DNA of 64,000 nt from the human T2T-CHM13v2.0 reference genome, Homo sapiens. The notes under the pieces are model-generated. The model worked only from the letters and a program-made list of their open reading frames with translations. It had not been told where the DNA came from and did not search any database. Made by a program: the position numbers and the translations under genes. Positions 1 to 17,232 of the stretch are shown piece by piece. The stretch lies in NCBI RefSeq assembly GCF_009914755.1, contig NC_060943.1; one strand, 5' to 3'. How positions within the stretch are numbered: the stretch's first letter is position 1; each line of letters opens with the position of its first letter.

Positions 1-343
1 ACTGTACTTTTTTTTTTCTTTTCTTTTTTTTGAGACAGGATCTCACTCTGTCCCCCAGGCTGGAGTGCAGTGACACGATCACAGCTTACTGAAGCCTCGA
101 CCTCTCGGGCTCAATCGATCCTCCCACCTCAGCCTCCTGAGTAAGTAGCTGGGACTACAGGCATGCACCACCATGCCAGGCTAATGTTGGCGGGGGGCGG
201 GGGATGCTGGGGGGGTGGGGTGTGTGTGCAGAGATGGGGTTTCTCCACGCCCCCAGGCTGGTCTGCAGCTCCTGGGCTCAAGGAATCTCTTCACCTCAGC
301 TTCCCAAAGTGCTAGGATTACAGGTGTGAGCCATGGCGCCCCG

Positions 344-596
344 CATTACTACACCTTTCTCAGGTTTAGGTCCACAAATACTTTCCTTTGTGTTACAACC
401 GCCTGCAGTACTCAGTACAGTAGCCTCCTGCACAGGTGCGAGGCTAGGAGCAGCAGGCTATTCATGTAGCTCAGGTGTGCAGCAGGCTGCCCCATCTGGG
501 TTGCTGTGAGTCACTCTAGAACATTCTCACAATGAGGAGATCGCCTAAGGATGCGTTTCTCATACTGTGTCCCCTTCGTCCATCGAGGCGTGACTG
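344..596 (+). mobile_element. Tigger3/Golem-like DNA transposon 3' fragment
   Basis: Ends ...GAGGCGTGACTG followed by TA, resembling the Tigger3 terminal inverted repeat; family assigned from memory. Confidence 0.6.
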
Positions 597-699
597 TACC
601 TGGGGCCTCAGAGCACCTGCAGTCCCCCCAAGGGCCACCTTCCTGAGACCACAGTCTGGGCAGCCGGCCTCCCTGCATCCCGGAGCGCACTGGGGATGA

Positions 700-1650
700 G
701 GACTCACCCAGGAGAGCCCGAGACACCTGAGCGGCCGGCACAAAGGCCCTAGGGAAGTGTGGGGGTACCCTTGGTCTCAAAGCGCTGATCCGCCTGTGCC
801 CCCTGACCTGCCAGGGCCGGCCCCCGCTTGGGTCTTGGAGGGCGCTGCGCAAGCCTGCGCCCCGCACTCGCCCGGGAAGGGAAGGGCAGGGAAGGGGCGC
901 GCACAGCCTGGCACCTGCTGTGCACCAGGGGAGACGCGCGGCGCTCCAGGTGGAGTCGGCGGCGGCCGAGCTGCGCGGGGCTGTGCGGGGCTGGATTCTA
1001 GCCTGCAGGACGCGAAAACGGCCTGGGTCCGGCTTCCTCCTCCCCTGAAGCAGCGAAGGGGCGTCACTGGCGCGCTGTTAAACGTCTTCGCCATCGGTTC
1101 CCTGCATCCTCCCTCCTGCCTGGGTAGCCAGCTCCTGGGCGCGCCCAGGCGCACACGCTTCCCTCGCTCCTCCTGCAGCCACAACGCCCCCACCCCCCCC
1201 GCCCGCCCGCCTTGTGCGGCAGCGGTGACCGCCTTCTCCTGCTGCCACCCCCTCCACCCCCTGTTCAAGGTCTGTCACCGTAGGGGGCGGGGGGGCGCGT
1301 GGAGCCGCTGGGGGTTCGGCCCACCCCGCGAACCGAGCTCCCGGCCCTGTGCGCCCTCAGCTCTGCCGCGGGCGTTGGCCTGGGCGGGCGCAGGACTGCC
1401 TGGTCGCCCTGGAGCTCAGGGTCGGGGCCCCGCGTTTAACCACCAGGCGGAGGCGCAGGCGGAGCCCGGAGAGGACGCGACCCCTCTGGGCGGCCTTGGG
1501 CCCCTGGACGTGCCAGACTCTGGACCCCTGCGGGGGCTGCCGTGGAGAGCAGAGGCACCGCGTCCTGCCCAGAGCTCCGATAGGCGGGCCGCGTTGGGGG
1601 ATTGTGGGGGCCGGCGCGCAGGGGAACCGTCCACTCCCAGGGTGGCACCA
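700..1650. promoter_or_regulatory. CpG island with no associated coding exon in the window
   Basis: Very GC-rich, CpG-dense non-Alu sequence with GC boxes, CGCCATC (YY1-like) near 1089 and ACCGTAGGGGGCG (CTCF-like) near 1277. Confidence 0.75.
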
Positions 1651-1852
1651 GGATGTGACTATTTCCATACCCAAATGAGGGTTGGATTTCCATCTCCTAA
1701 TATTTCCACAGTTTGGGGGTTTCCTCACCAACTTGTCTGACATTTCTCGGCCTTCCTTAGTGATGACAACACTACCGTTGGTTAATTTTCTTCAAAATGT
1801 GTGCAAACCACTTCATGTATCTGTAGTTAAAATATGGAAAGGAGACATTTAA

Positions 1853-2196
<344 letters not shown>

Positions 2197-3455
2197 AAGA
2201 CATTTAATTTCTATAGCATTTTATGAAGACCAGTTGCTGCTGAAATAGTCTGCCTCCCCACACGCCCCTCATCATGTTTATAATGTTTTCACAAGGCTCT
2301 TTTCTCCAGATCATTTTCAACTTATTTCTAACATATTATGTGAACTCGACACAATATTTATTTTGTTTCCTCCAATAATGTAGAGACCATACTTTTTGGT
2401 TATACTCATTCCTAAGCACTTTACATTTTATTAAACTATTTGCATGGAATAATTTCCCATTTCATTCTAATTGTAGTTATTCTGGAATATTATTTATTTA
2501 AGTGTTATTGATTAAAATATATTCCTGTGTGCTTGGTCATATTACTAAATTTATGACTTTTCAATTATTATTTCTTGTTTCTTTTTGGTTTTCTAAGCAG
2601 TCATTTCTTCTGTAAATATTATGACATATCTTTCTTCCTGTCCACTAGGTATACTGGACTTTCTAGTGATATGAACCAATAAACTTTCTATTGTGGCTTA
2701 TATCAGTTTGTGTGTTCTGTCATTTCCAACACAAAGAATCTTAACCGATACAGATTTAGAAGAGAAAAAGTTTCAGGCCTGTAATCCCAGCACTTTGGGA
2801 GGCTAAGGTGGGAAGATCACTTGAGCCCAGGAATCCAAGACCAGCCTGGACAACACAGTGAGACCCTGTCTCTATAAAATAAAATAAAATAAAAATTAGC
2901 CAGGTGTGGGTGTGCGCCTGTAGTACCAGCTGCTTGGGAGACTGTAGTGAGAGGCTCGCTTGAGCCCAGGAGTTCAGGGCTGCAGTGAGCATGATTGCAC
3001 TACTGCCCACCAGCCTGGGTGACAGAGTGAGACCCTGTCTCAAAAAAAAAAGCAAGTTTTAGAAGCATTCTTGCTAAAGAAATTGTCCCTAGAAAAGTAT
3101 TTATTCACTAAAATGAACGACTTTTACTTACTTTTACAATTTTTTATAAGTCAGAGTAAAATTTAAACACATCGATATAGTTCATGAAATGATTCCCCTG
3201 AACCTGACATATACTAGCTTTCTTCTTAGAGCCTCAGTGCCTAGGCAGAAACTTGGCAGTTCCTGAGATGACACTGTAGATATAGGGAGGGAAAAAGAAG
3301 AGGAAAGCAAAGCAGATGAGACAGAAAAGATAACTTAGTAAGGAAGTTCTGTGACCATAAAATAGTGTTCATTGTTCTGAACATCATTCAAAAAAAACAA
3401 TACTCACTTTGGGAGGCTGAGGCGGGTGGTCAGGAGTTCAAGACTAGCCTGATCA

Positions 3456-3812
<357 letters not shown>

Positions 3813-4548
3813 TCAACTTATGACCCCAAACATCATTTAAAATAAATATTTAGAACATGAAAACAATTAACTTTTTAATGAATGAAATGTTCTTGAGAAA
3901 ACTGATCAGAGCCAGTGTAGTATGCATCGGTGCTTCATCGTGATCTATGCTTATGAAGATTCAGTTCTGCTTTTACATAATATCAAGCGACATTGTAGTA
4001 AGAAAACAATTAACATTTTAGTTTGTATTGGATTAGGCATTTTTAAAATGAGATACTCACACAACTGCTAACAGGAATGCAAAACATCTCCATTTCTCCA
4101 CTGAATCACCTTTACATGTAATGTTCTAAATAAATAATAATAAAAATATACACATTTCCTTCTGATTTCTTAAAAATCAACGTAAGTATTCATTGGCCAG
4201 GTGTGGTGGCTCATGCCTGTAACCCCAGCACTTTGGAAGGCCAAGGCAGGAGGATGGCTTGAGCCCAGGAGCTTGAAACCAGCCTGAGCAACATAGAGAG
4301 ACCCTGTCTTTAAAAAAAAATTTTTAATAAAAATAAAGGTAGATACTCATCTAACTGCTAGAAAAAACTAAAAAGATGTCATAATTGACCTTATATAAGT
4401 TGTATACAATATGAGATACACTATTTAACTGCATATATTATTTTGGCGGGTTTTTTTTTTGTTTTTTCTTACTTTTTTATGTTTAAACTTTTATATTATA
4501 CAAAACACAGCCCTAACATAAGTTTTTTCTCATCTTTTTTTTTTTTGA

Positions 4549-4809
<261 letters not shown>

Positions 4810-4910
4810 TGAGCCACTGCACCCAGCCAGTTTTTTCCATAAACCTTTAATAATAGGCTTTTAGGTCTAGAAAGTAATTTCTAATATAACAGAGTTTGAA
4901 AATGTATAAG

Positions 4911-5432
4911 TTCCATTAAATTAAATTTAATTTAATTTAATTAATTAAATTTAATTTAAATTTAATTAATTAAATTAATTTAAATTTAATTAATTAAATT
5001 AATTTAAATTTAATTAATTAAATTAATTTAAATTTAATTAATTAAATTAATTAAATTTAATTAATTTATTTAATTTAAATTAATTAAATTAATTTAAATT
5101 TAATTAATTAAATTAATTTGAATTTAATTAATTAAATTAATTAAATTTAATTAATTTATTTAATTTAAATTAATTAATTAAATTAATTTATTTAATTTAA
5201 TTAATTAATTAATTTAATTTAATTTAATTCCAATTAATTAAATTAATTAATTAAATTAATTTAAATTTAATTAATTAAATTAATTTGAATTTAATTAATT
5301 AAATTAATTAAATTTAATTAATTTAATTAATTTAATTTAATTAATTTAATTCCAATTAATTAAATTAATTTAAATTTAATTTAATTCCAATTAATTAAAT
5401 TAATTTAAATTTAATTTAATTCCATTAAATTA
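4911..5432. repeat. Nearly pure A/T low-complexity repeat built from TTAATTAA/AAATTT units
   Basis: About 510 bp with only a handful of G/C bases; bounded by TTCCATTAAATTA at both ends. Confidence 0.95.
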
Positions 5433-5435
5433 CTA

Positions 5436-5606
<171 letters not shown>

Positions 5607-5785
5607 CTAGCCACCTGGGAGGCTGAGGCAGGAGAATTGCTTGAACCGGGGAGGCATAGGTTGCGTCGCAGTGAGTTGATATCGTGCCATTGCACTCCAG
5701 CCTGGGCGACAAGAGAGAGACTCCATCTCAAAAAAAAAATTACTAACATATAATATGAACTCTTTAGTTTCTAATAAATATTGAG

Positions 5786-7246
<1,461 letters not shown>

Positions 7247-7859
7247 CTATTTGGTTACCAGCTTCCTAGTCATTTCCTAAAAGGGAAGAGAGAATTTATC
7301 ACTTGTGAATCTTCCCATTATCACACTGTGGAATTAAACTTCTTTACACATACCCCTTGGTGGGTATATACTCTTATTTTGTCCCATACATCATATTTTT
7401 TTTACTTATTGGTTTTTACATCTGACTTTCATTAACTGCGGGCACTTTAGAGACCAGGATCTTAGCTCTAGACTTCAGGGTTTTTTTTCTTACTTCTGTT
7501 TTCCTTTGCTGACAACCACGTACAATAACTTCGCTCTTCAGCACAAACCTACAATTTCTCTAGCCCACAAAAGCACAGCAAATATGAAAGATGAAGTAAA
7601 TGCCAGCTTGGCACCCAATCTCATGTCACTTGGATCCACACCATGCACTTAATAATACACTTTTTTTTTTGAGACAAGGTCTGGCTGTATCACTCAGGCT
7701 GATTGCAGTGGCACAATCGTGGCTCACTACAACCTCTGCCTCCTGGGCTTAAGTAACCATCCTCCCACCTCAGCTTCCCAAGTAGCTGAGATGACAGGCA
7801 CGTGTCACCATGCTTGGCCAAGGTATTTCCAACAAATAACCTTCTGCTCCATTCAAACC

Positions 7860-8000
7860 AGGGTGCCAGGCTCCTCAGCTTGCAGACGGCCTATAGTGGA
7901 AACTCACCTTGTATGCGTGTGAGTCAATGCCCCTTAATAAACTCCCTTTTATATATACATCTACCATATTAGTTATGTCCCTCTAGAGAACCCTAATACA
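7860..8000 (+). mobile_element. MLT2-type (ERVL) LTR 3' fragment
   Basis: TGCAGACGGCCTAT...TAATAAACTCCC...CCCTCTAGAGAACCCTAATACA matches the MLT2 3' end as I recall it. Confidence 0.7.
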
Positions 8001-8156
8001 CAGGCAAATGATGGAGCTCTTGGTCTTGTTCAGATTCAGTTCCATAAACAATATTTCAGACTCTATGAGTGAAACATGCACAGTGCCAACCCCTCACTGA
8101 TCATCAGGGATGTGTGACCTTCTTGTGCCCTGTTTGCCAGATGCTCAGGGGCTCAC

Positions 8157-8580
8157 CTGGACTACCCTGATATGGGGTTCCTGTCCCCAACATCCATGGT
8201 TCTTCTCCCCACTCTAAATGAAAGATCACATATGTGCCAGGTACAGTGGCTCACGCTTGTAATCCCTACACTTTGGGAGGCCAAGGCGGGCAGATCACCT
8301 GAGGTCGGGAGTTCAAGACCAGCCTGACCAACATGGAGAAACCCCATCTCTACTAAAAATACAAAGTTAGCCAGGCGTGGTGGTGCATGCCTGTGATCCC
8401 AGCTACTTGGGAGGCTGAGGCAGAAGAAAGAAGAAGTGCTTGAACCCGGGAGGCGGAGGTTGTGGTGAGCCGAGGTCATGCCATTGCACTCCAGCCTGGG
8501 CAACAAGAGCAAAACTCCATCTCAAAAAAAAAAAAAAAAAAAAAAAAAAAAGATCACACCTGACATGGGAACAGGACACC
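8157..8580 (-). pseudogene. KRAB-B pseudo-exon interrupted by an Alu
   Basis: Removing the Alu (about 8237-8550, TSD AAAGATCACA) gives CPVPMSGVIFHLEWGEEPWM, resembling KPDVIxxLEQGEEPW; donor CAG|GTGAGC after 8157; acceptor AG not intact. Confidence 0.7.
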
Positions 8581-9604
8581 ATTTTTATGGGAAATGCTGG
8601 GGTCTGGGGGTTACAAACTGGAGACAAAGACCAAATTTCTATTAACAGTAGTCCTCCTGCTGTACATTAGATCTCTAGATTTATTCATCCTACGTAACTG
8701 CACTTCTGTACCATTTGACCACATCTCCCCGCTTCCTCCTCCTCCCCACCCAGGTAACCACCATTCTGTATTTGATGTTGTTGTTTTTTAATTTCACATA
8801 TATTCAGACAAATTTGAGTTTAAAAAATTTTTTTAATTTTCACATGTAAGTGAAATCATGCAATATTTTTATTTCTGTATCTGGCTTATGTCACTTATCA
8901 TCCCTTAGTATAATTTGAGTTTCATAGGCTCTCACCTCATTAAAATGGCACTACAGAATCTTGTCAAATAAATATATCTTTCAGGCACTGGAAAAGTCTC
9001 AGAAAGAAAAGATATCCTCTCTCCTCTTTAGCTATAGTTCAATAATACGATTTAAATAATCCGATCTGATAAGGTATCCAATGAAGAACATTTATGGGAC
9101 CATAAACTTGTTCTTCTCTCCAAAATTCAGTGAATATTTGTAATTGTTAGCAATCTGTTATGCTCTCCACTAATATAAACCAACTCTTAAAAGTTATTGG
9201 AACAAAAGAACCCTGAAAAGCACTCAGTCTCCAGAAATTGTTGCATTAATCATTCTCATTAGGTGCCTTACTCAACAATTTGTTGCCTGAGTTATAATCA
9301 CATCCTTGAATTTCCAACATATTAACACTTTAAATATTTCTTTATCTCATCACAAGATCAGCACTTTCCTCTCCTCTGAGAAGTATGAGGTAGCAATGTC
9401 ACTGATTTTTATTAAATGTTTTGGAGTCTTGACTCACTTAAATGCATATTATGTGCCAAAATGTGACAGGAAATTAAATGAGATGCCAGGCATTTCAGAG
9501 GAAATAAAGAAAAGAAAATCAAGTTTAACAAAAGGAAGAAGGGTGTCCAATAGTCATCCTTAAAGAAAGCACATTTACTTATGTATATCTAAAGGTGTAA
9601 GGGC

Positions 9605-10355
9605 ATGGGGCTGAGAGCCAGGTTGACAAAGGCTAGAGGACAGAGAATCAGAGAAATCATCCAAAAAAGACGAGCAAGATGATCCAAAGGACAGCGGGCT
9701 GGCCACCACATCTTCTAAAGCCCAAGGCAAGAATGACCGTGGACTCCATTTTTAAGTCCACTGGTCTATCTCTAGTGGACAATCCAGCAGTACCTATCAA
9801 AGCTTCAGCAAGTCTACCTCTAAGATCCACCTCTACTGTCTACCTCTAAGCAATCCTCTAAGTCTACCTCTACTGATCCAGCAAGTCTACCTCTAAGAAT
9901 GTATCCCAGGATATACTTGTGAAGATGGAAAAGGACTGAGTATTATGATTAATTACTGAAGAATGGTTTCTAATGGTAAAAGATTGGAAACAACCTAAAT
10001 ATTCACCAAGAAACATCTGGCTAAATCTACGGTCTATACACACAGGGACATTGTGCAGTTATCATACCACACTTTGTATGTATACTATGATGTCAAAGTC
10101 ACTCACGGTTAATGTTCTTTTTCAAAAGAACATTAGAGGTAGATTTTCTGGACCAGTGTGGATCTGAAACTTTAACAGATACTCCCAGATTTCCCACTAG
10201 AGATAAATTGGCAGTCTTAAAAATGGGTTCACGGTCTTTCGTGCCTTTGGCTTTAGAAGACACGGTGGCCAGCCTACTGTTCTTTGGATCATCCCACTCA
10301 TTTCTGTTGGGTAATTTCTCTAATTTTTCCTCCTCTGGCTTTCTTTTAGCCCCTT
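9605..10355. repeat. Diverged inverted duplication (arms about 9605-9897 and 10132-10355)
   Basis: 9678-9729 matches the reverse complement of 10242-10293 at 45/52; similarity continues on both sides. Confidence 0.85.
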
Positions 10356-11155
10356 TATTTATCTAAGTTAAAATTTCAAATATTTTTCCAAATTACCAAA
10401 AATAATTCCATTAAGAATTTGATTGAGACTGGGCGCAGTGGCTCACACCTGTAATCCCAGCACTTTGGGAGACTGACGCAGGTGAATCACCTGAGGTCAG
10501 GAGTTTGAGACCAGCCTGGCCAACATCGTGAAACCCCATCTCTACTAAAAATACAAAAGTTAGATGGGTGTGGTGGTGCACACCTGTAATCCCAACTACT
10601 TGGGAGGCTGAGGCAGGAGAATTGCCTGAACCAGGGAGGCGGGGTTGCAGTGAGCCCAGATCCCACCAATGTACTCCAGCCTGGGTGACAGAGTGAGACT
10701 CTGTCTCACGAAAAAAAAAAAAAAAGAATTTGATTGAGTGAAAATACCTGGGCAGGAGAGACACTCCATTCTTTGTGCCTTTGATGCTCTATTGTACCTT
10801 TTTCTTTTCTTTTCAAGACATGGGGTCTCACTATGTTTCTCAGGCCGGACTTGAACTTCTGGGCTCAAGCCATCCTCCCACCTCAGACTTCTAAGTATCT
10901 GGGACTGCAGGTGCAAGCCACTGCACCCAACTCTTAATGTACCTTTTACACACATTTGTGTCACAACACCTGTGCCACACCCTTAACAGTTTTGCAGATG
11001 CACATCCCAACGTTTTTCAGTTTTGAGAAAAATCACTTTTATTTGGTAAAAATCACACATGCTTATGAAAATAATTACACATTGCACCAAAGTGACAAAG
11101 ATGAAAGTAATCACTCCAGATCCTAGTTCCGAGAGGTTACTATCTTTAACAGTAG

Positions 11156-11380
<225 letters not shown>

Positions 11381-11634
11381 TAGCCAGGATGGTCTCAACC
11401 TCCTGACCTCATGATCCGCCCACCTCAGCCTCCAAAGTGCTGGGATTACAGGCGTGAGACACGGCGCCTGGCCAATCCCAGGTATTTTTTCTATGCAAAT
11501 ATACAGAAGGCTGGATGGATAAACAGATAATACATGTAAATACTTAAATTAGAATGTGGCCCAGGAGAACATGAACTCCATGAGGTCAGGGATTTTTGTT
11601 GGCTAGGTTCACTTCCACATCTCCTGTACCTAGA

Positions 11635-11858
11635 GTAAGGTTTCTCAGCCTGGGCACTACTGACATTTGGGCTGGATAACTCTTTTTGTAGGAGATTGGG
11701 GTGGGTGGGGAGCGTGCCATCCACTGCACTGTAGGATGCTGAGTAGTGTCCTTGGCCTCTACCCTGGCAGAAGCATCCATGTGACAACCAAAACTGTCTC
11801 CAGACATTGCCAATTGTCCCCTGGGGGCAAAACTGCCACCAAGTGAGAATCACTAACC
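11635..11858 (+). mobile_element. MER20 DNA transposon
   Basis: TTTCTCAGCCTGGGCACTACTGACATTTGGGCTGGATAA...GGGGCAAAA...TGAGAATCACT. Confidence 0.8.
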
Positions 11859-13065
11859 TAGAAAAGTGAGTGTTCAATACACAATAAGTGCTTGTTAAAT
11901 GTATTACACAACCGGAAAATGATGTAAGGGCAAGTTAAAAAGTAATGCAAACTGGCCGGGCACAGTGGCTCATGCCTGTAATTCCAACACTTTGGAGGCC
12001 GAGGTGGGCAGATCACCTTGAGGTTGGGAGTTCAAGGCCAGCCTGGCTAACATAGTGAAACCCCGTCTCTACTAAAAATACAAAAATTAGCCAGGCGTGG
12101 TGGTGGGCACCTGTAATCCCAGCTACTAGAGAGGCTGAGGCAGGAGAATCAATTGAACCCAGGAGGTGGAGGTTGCAGTGAGCCTAGATCCCCGCCATTG
12201 CAAGTCAGCCTGGGCAACAAGAGCAAAACTCCATCTCAAAAACAAACAAAAAAAAAAGTAATGCAAACTCATCTGGGTTTTGGTCATGTCCTGCATCTCC
12301 TGAGGAAGGGCAGAGGGCTGAGGAGCAGTCCTTGGGAAGCACAAACATGTGAGAATCCAGGTTGGCTCTATGCCCTACCCAGTAACGTAGCCCCAAATCT
12401 CTGCCTTAGCTGACATGGGGGCACACTGAAGTCTTGTGAAGGGTAGAAGGGACCATGTTGAGGCAGGGACAACCTTGCCTACAGGTGATTCAGGTAATCC
12501 CACAAGTTCAGCCACAGAAAACAAGCATGACCATGTGCAAAGACTTCCACGAGACCACTTGTCACAGGGTTGTTTTAATTCAAGCAACATCAACATACAC
12601 CAGAAACTTGTGAAGAAAATTATGGCACATTTGTATAACTTCAGTGTCAAGAAGCCAGCGGTATTTTGCAGATAATGCAAGGTCTGTAGATCGAAAATTA
12701 AGTTGGGTGTCTTCCTTTAGTGTACAAACACCTTGGATGTTTGAGGAAATCCAAAGACAAGGTTCTAGGCATTTTATACGTGTTAACTCATGTATTATGT
12801 TAATTCTCACAATAATCCTTTGGAACTAGTACGATCACCATCCCTGCCTTATTGAGGAGGAAATGGGGTACAGAGAGCTTAAGCAACTTGCCAGTGTCAT
12901 GCAGCAGGGAAGCGCTGGAGGCAGGGCTCCAACCCACGCAGCCTTGCTGCATGTTTGTGGAATGAACACAGGACTCAGGCACACAACCATCTGGCTGAGG
13001 CTCCATGAGCAGCCAGGAGCCTGGTCCCAATGCAGTCTCCTTATAGGCACAAATGGGGTGCCCCT

Positions 13066-13609
13066 TGAGACAGGAATAATAAAGGTGGTCACAGGAGAAC
13101 GGAAAATTCCAGGCAACAGTTTCACATGACTAGCAAAGGAAACCGTTGAAATCGCTGCGTAAGCTAGGGGCGGATAAGACTCTGAAAACCAGGGTGTGGG
13201 CCAAGCTGGCTAAAGCCGACTGGACCCAACATGGTGCTGGATTCGACCCGTTTCACCTAGGACCTCTCATTATGTGCTCATTAACATACTAAGTCACACA
13301 CCCACTGTGACAGCTCTGGGGAACACCCGTATTTAGTATAAAAATGTGTGGCACCGCAGTACCAAGAAATGTTTACCTTTTTCCAAGAATCTTCATGAAT
13401 ATTCCACCCCTTGGTTAAATAAATATTTAAAGGTAGCTCCAAACCCCGCTGGGCGTGATGCTCTGTGGTATGCCTGCACTTTTCTTTCTTCAGTACGTAC
13501 TTATTCCCGTCGCAATGAATCTCCACACTTTGTTCTGCTCATCCATGAATTCCTTCTCACGACAGTGTCAAGAGCCTGGACACCAGTCAGGGTCGAGGCC
13601 TCACCAGCA
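13066..13609 (+). mobile_element. Solo ERV-type LTR (family not assigned)
   Basis: Starts TGAGACAGGAATAAT; LTR-like U3/R/U5 organisation; 3' end approximate. Confidence 0.65.
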
Positions 13610-13619
13610 TCTTGGGGCC

Positions 13620-14780
<1,161 letters not shown>

Positions 14781-15030
14781 ATTCAAACAGAAAATGCTGG
14801 CCAGGCTCATGCCTGTAATCCCAGCACTTTGGGAGGCCGAGGCGGGAGGATCGCTTGTGCCCAGGAGTTGGAGACCAGCCTGGGCAACATAGTGAGACCC
14901 TCCCCCCACCCATCTCTACAAAAAATTTTAAAATTAGCTAGCTGAGATCATGCCACTGCACTCCAGCCTGGACAACAAAGTGAGACTATGTCTCAAAAAA
15001 ATTTAAAAATTACCCACGCCTGTAGTGTCA

Positions 15031-15501
<471 letters not shown>

Positions 15502-15914
15502 TCACTCCTGTAATTCCAGAACTTTGGGAGGCCAAGGCGGGCGGATCAGGAGTTCGAGACTGCCTGGGCAACATAGCGAAACCCCGTCTCTACTAAAAAT
15601 ACAAAAAATTAGCCAGGCGTGGTGGCGGGCTCCTGTAATCCCAGCTACTCAGGAGGCTTAGGCAGGAGAATCACTTGAACCCAGGAAGCAGAGGCTGCAG
15701 TGAGCCGAGATCACGCCATTAAACTCCAGCCTCGGTGACAGAGTGAGACTCCATCCCCGCTCCGCTCCCTCACCTCCCGCCAAAAAAAAAAAAGAAAATG
15801 CACTGCAATAGAAAAATAAAAGTACTACACTTTGGTCAAACAGGGTAACTACTAGAACGTAAAATGATCTTTTTGAAACTATCCACATTTGTTACACGTG
15901 TTGAAAATGTAGGA

Positions 15915-16408
15915 TATATATGTTATATATATACTTATATATGTTATATATACTTATATATGTTATATACTTATATATGTTATGTACTTATATATTATAT
16001 ATACTTATATATGTTATATCTACTTATGTTATATACTTATATATGTTATATATACTTATATATGTTATACATACTTATATGTTATATATACTTATGTTAT
16101 ATACTTATATATGTTATATATACTTATACATGTTATACATACTTATATGTTATATATACTTATATATGTTATATATACTTATATATGCTATATATACTTA
16201 TATATGCTATGTATACTTATATATGTTATATATATACTTATATGTATGTTATATATACTTATATATGTTATATATGCTTATATGTATGTTATATATGCTT
16301 ATATGTTATATATACTTACATATGTTATATATACTTACATATGTTATATGTACTTACATATGTTATATATATACATATATGTTATATATATATAATTATA
16401 TATATATA
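15915..16408. repeat. TA-rich minisatellite (units like TATATACTTATATATGT)
   Basis: About 490 bp of degenerate tandem units. Confidence 0.95.
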
Positions 16409-16840
16409 AAACAAAAAGCACGGTTACTACAAAGAAAACAGGTAAACATTAAGTGGAGTAAAAGTATATCCTGTTATATAAGGGACTTGAACATGTCTGG
16501 GCATGGTGGCTCAAGCCTGTAATCCCAGCACTTTGGGAGGCTGAGGCGGGTGGATTACTGGAGGTCAGGAGTTCGAGACCTGGGCAACATAGCAAGACCT
16601 TGTCTCTATTAAAAAATAGATAGATAGATAGATAGATAGATACATAGAACATCAAAAGAGGGAGAGAGAAAGCAGACAGATGTGGCAAAATATACACAAT
16701 TGGTAAATTTGGGTGAAGGGAATATAAGTTATTTCTACTAATCTTGCAATTCTTATGTATATTTGCAATGATTTCTAAATAAAAGTTTTTAATTACCAAT
16801 TGAAATAAAGTAAAATAAGTCACTATCTAGCCTTTTCTAG

Positions 16841-17137
16841 ACAAATATTTTAAACTCTTACACAGAGATAAGTTAATCAAGAAACGTATTTCCTGGAAAA
16901 ACCCGTGATATGGGTGGAGCCACCTGGGAATAAAAGGTCGGAACATCATAATCACTGTCAGACTCAACTTCCATCATTCTCCTCCAGGCGCTATGGAGTC
17001 TAATCCAGGCACTTTGGAAGGCTGAGGCTGGAGGATCGATTGAGGCCAGGAGTTTGGGACCACCCTGGGCAACATAGCAAGATCTCATTTCTGAAAAAAG
17101 AATTATCATCCACTCACCCAGAACAGCTCTCCAAACT
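16841..17137 (+). other. USP29: Candidate USP29 5'UTR exon containing an Alu monomer
   Basis: Acceptor CCTTTTCTAG ending 16840 and donor GTAAGT at 17138; no transcript evidence available. Confidence 0.4.
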
Positions 17138-17175
17138 GTAAGTTTCATTCAAGGTTTGCTTGTTTGGGTGATGGG

Positions 17176-17176
<1 letters not shown>

Positions 17177-17228
<52 letters not shown>

Positions 17229-17232
17229 TGTG
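17177..17232. repeat. (TG)n microsatellite
   Basis: Directly visible. Confidence 0.97.

Noticed and set aside
757-1740. 327-aa ORF and overlapping ORFs in the first CpG island
   Set aside because: GTG start, Pro/Gly/Ala/Arg-rich with no domain; long ORFs in several frames are expected from stop-codon scarcity in GC-rich DNA
12375-12830. Cluster of short overlapping ORFs in unique-looking sequence
   Set aside because: No recognisable domain or KRAB-A motif; could not assign them
15864-16522. Tyr/Ile-rich ORFs in three frames
   Set aside because: Artefact of the TA-rich minisatellite
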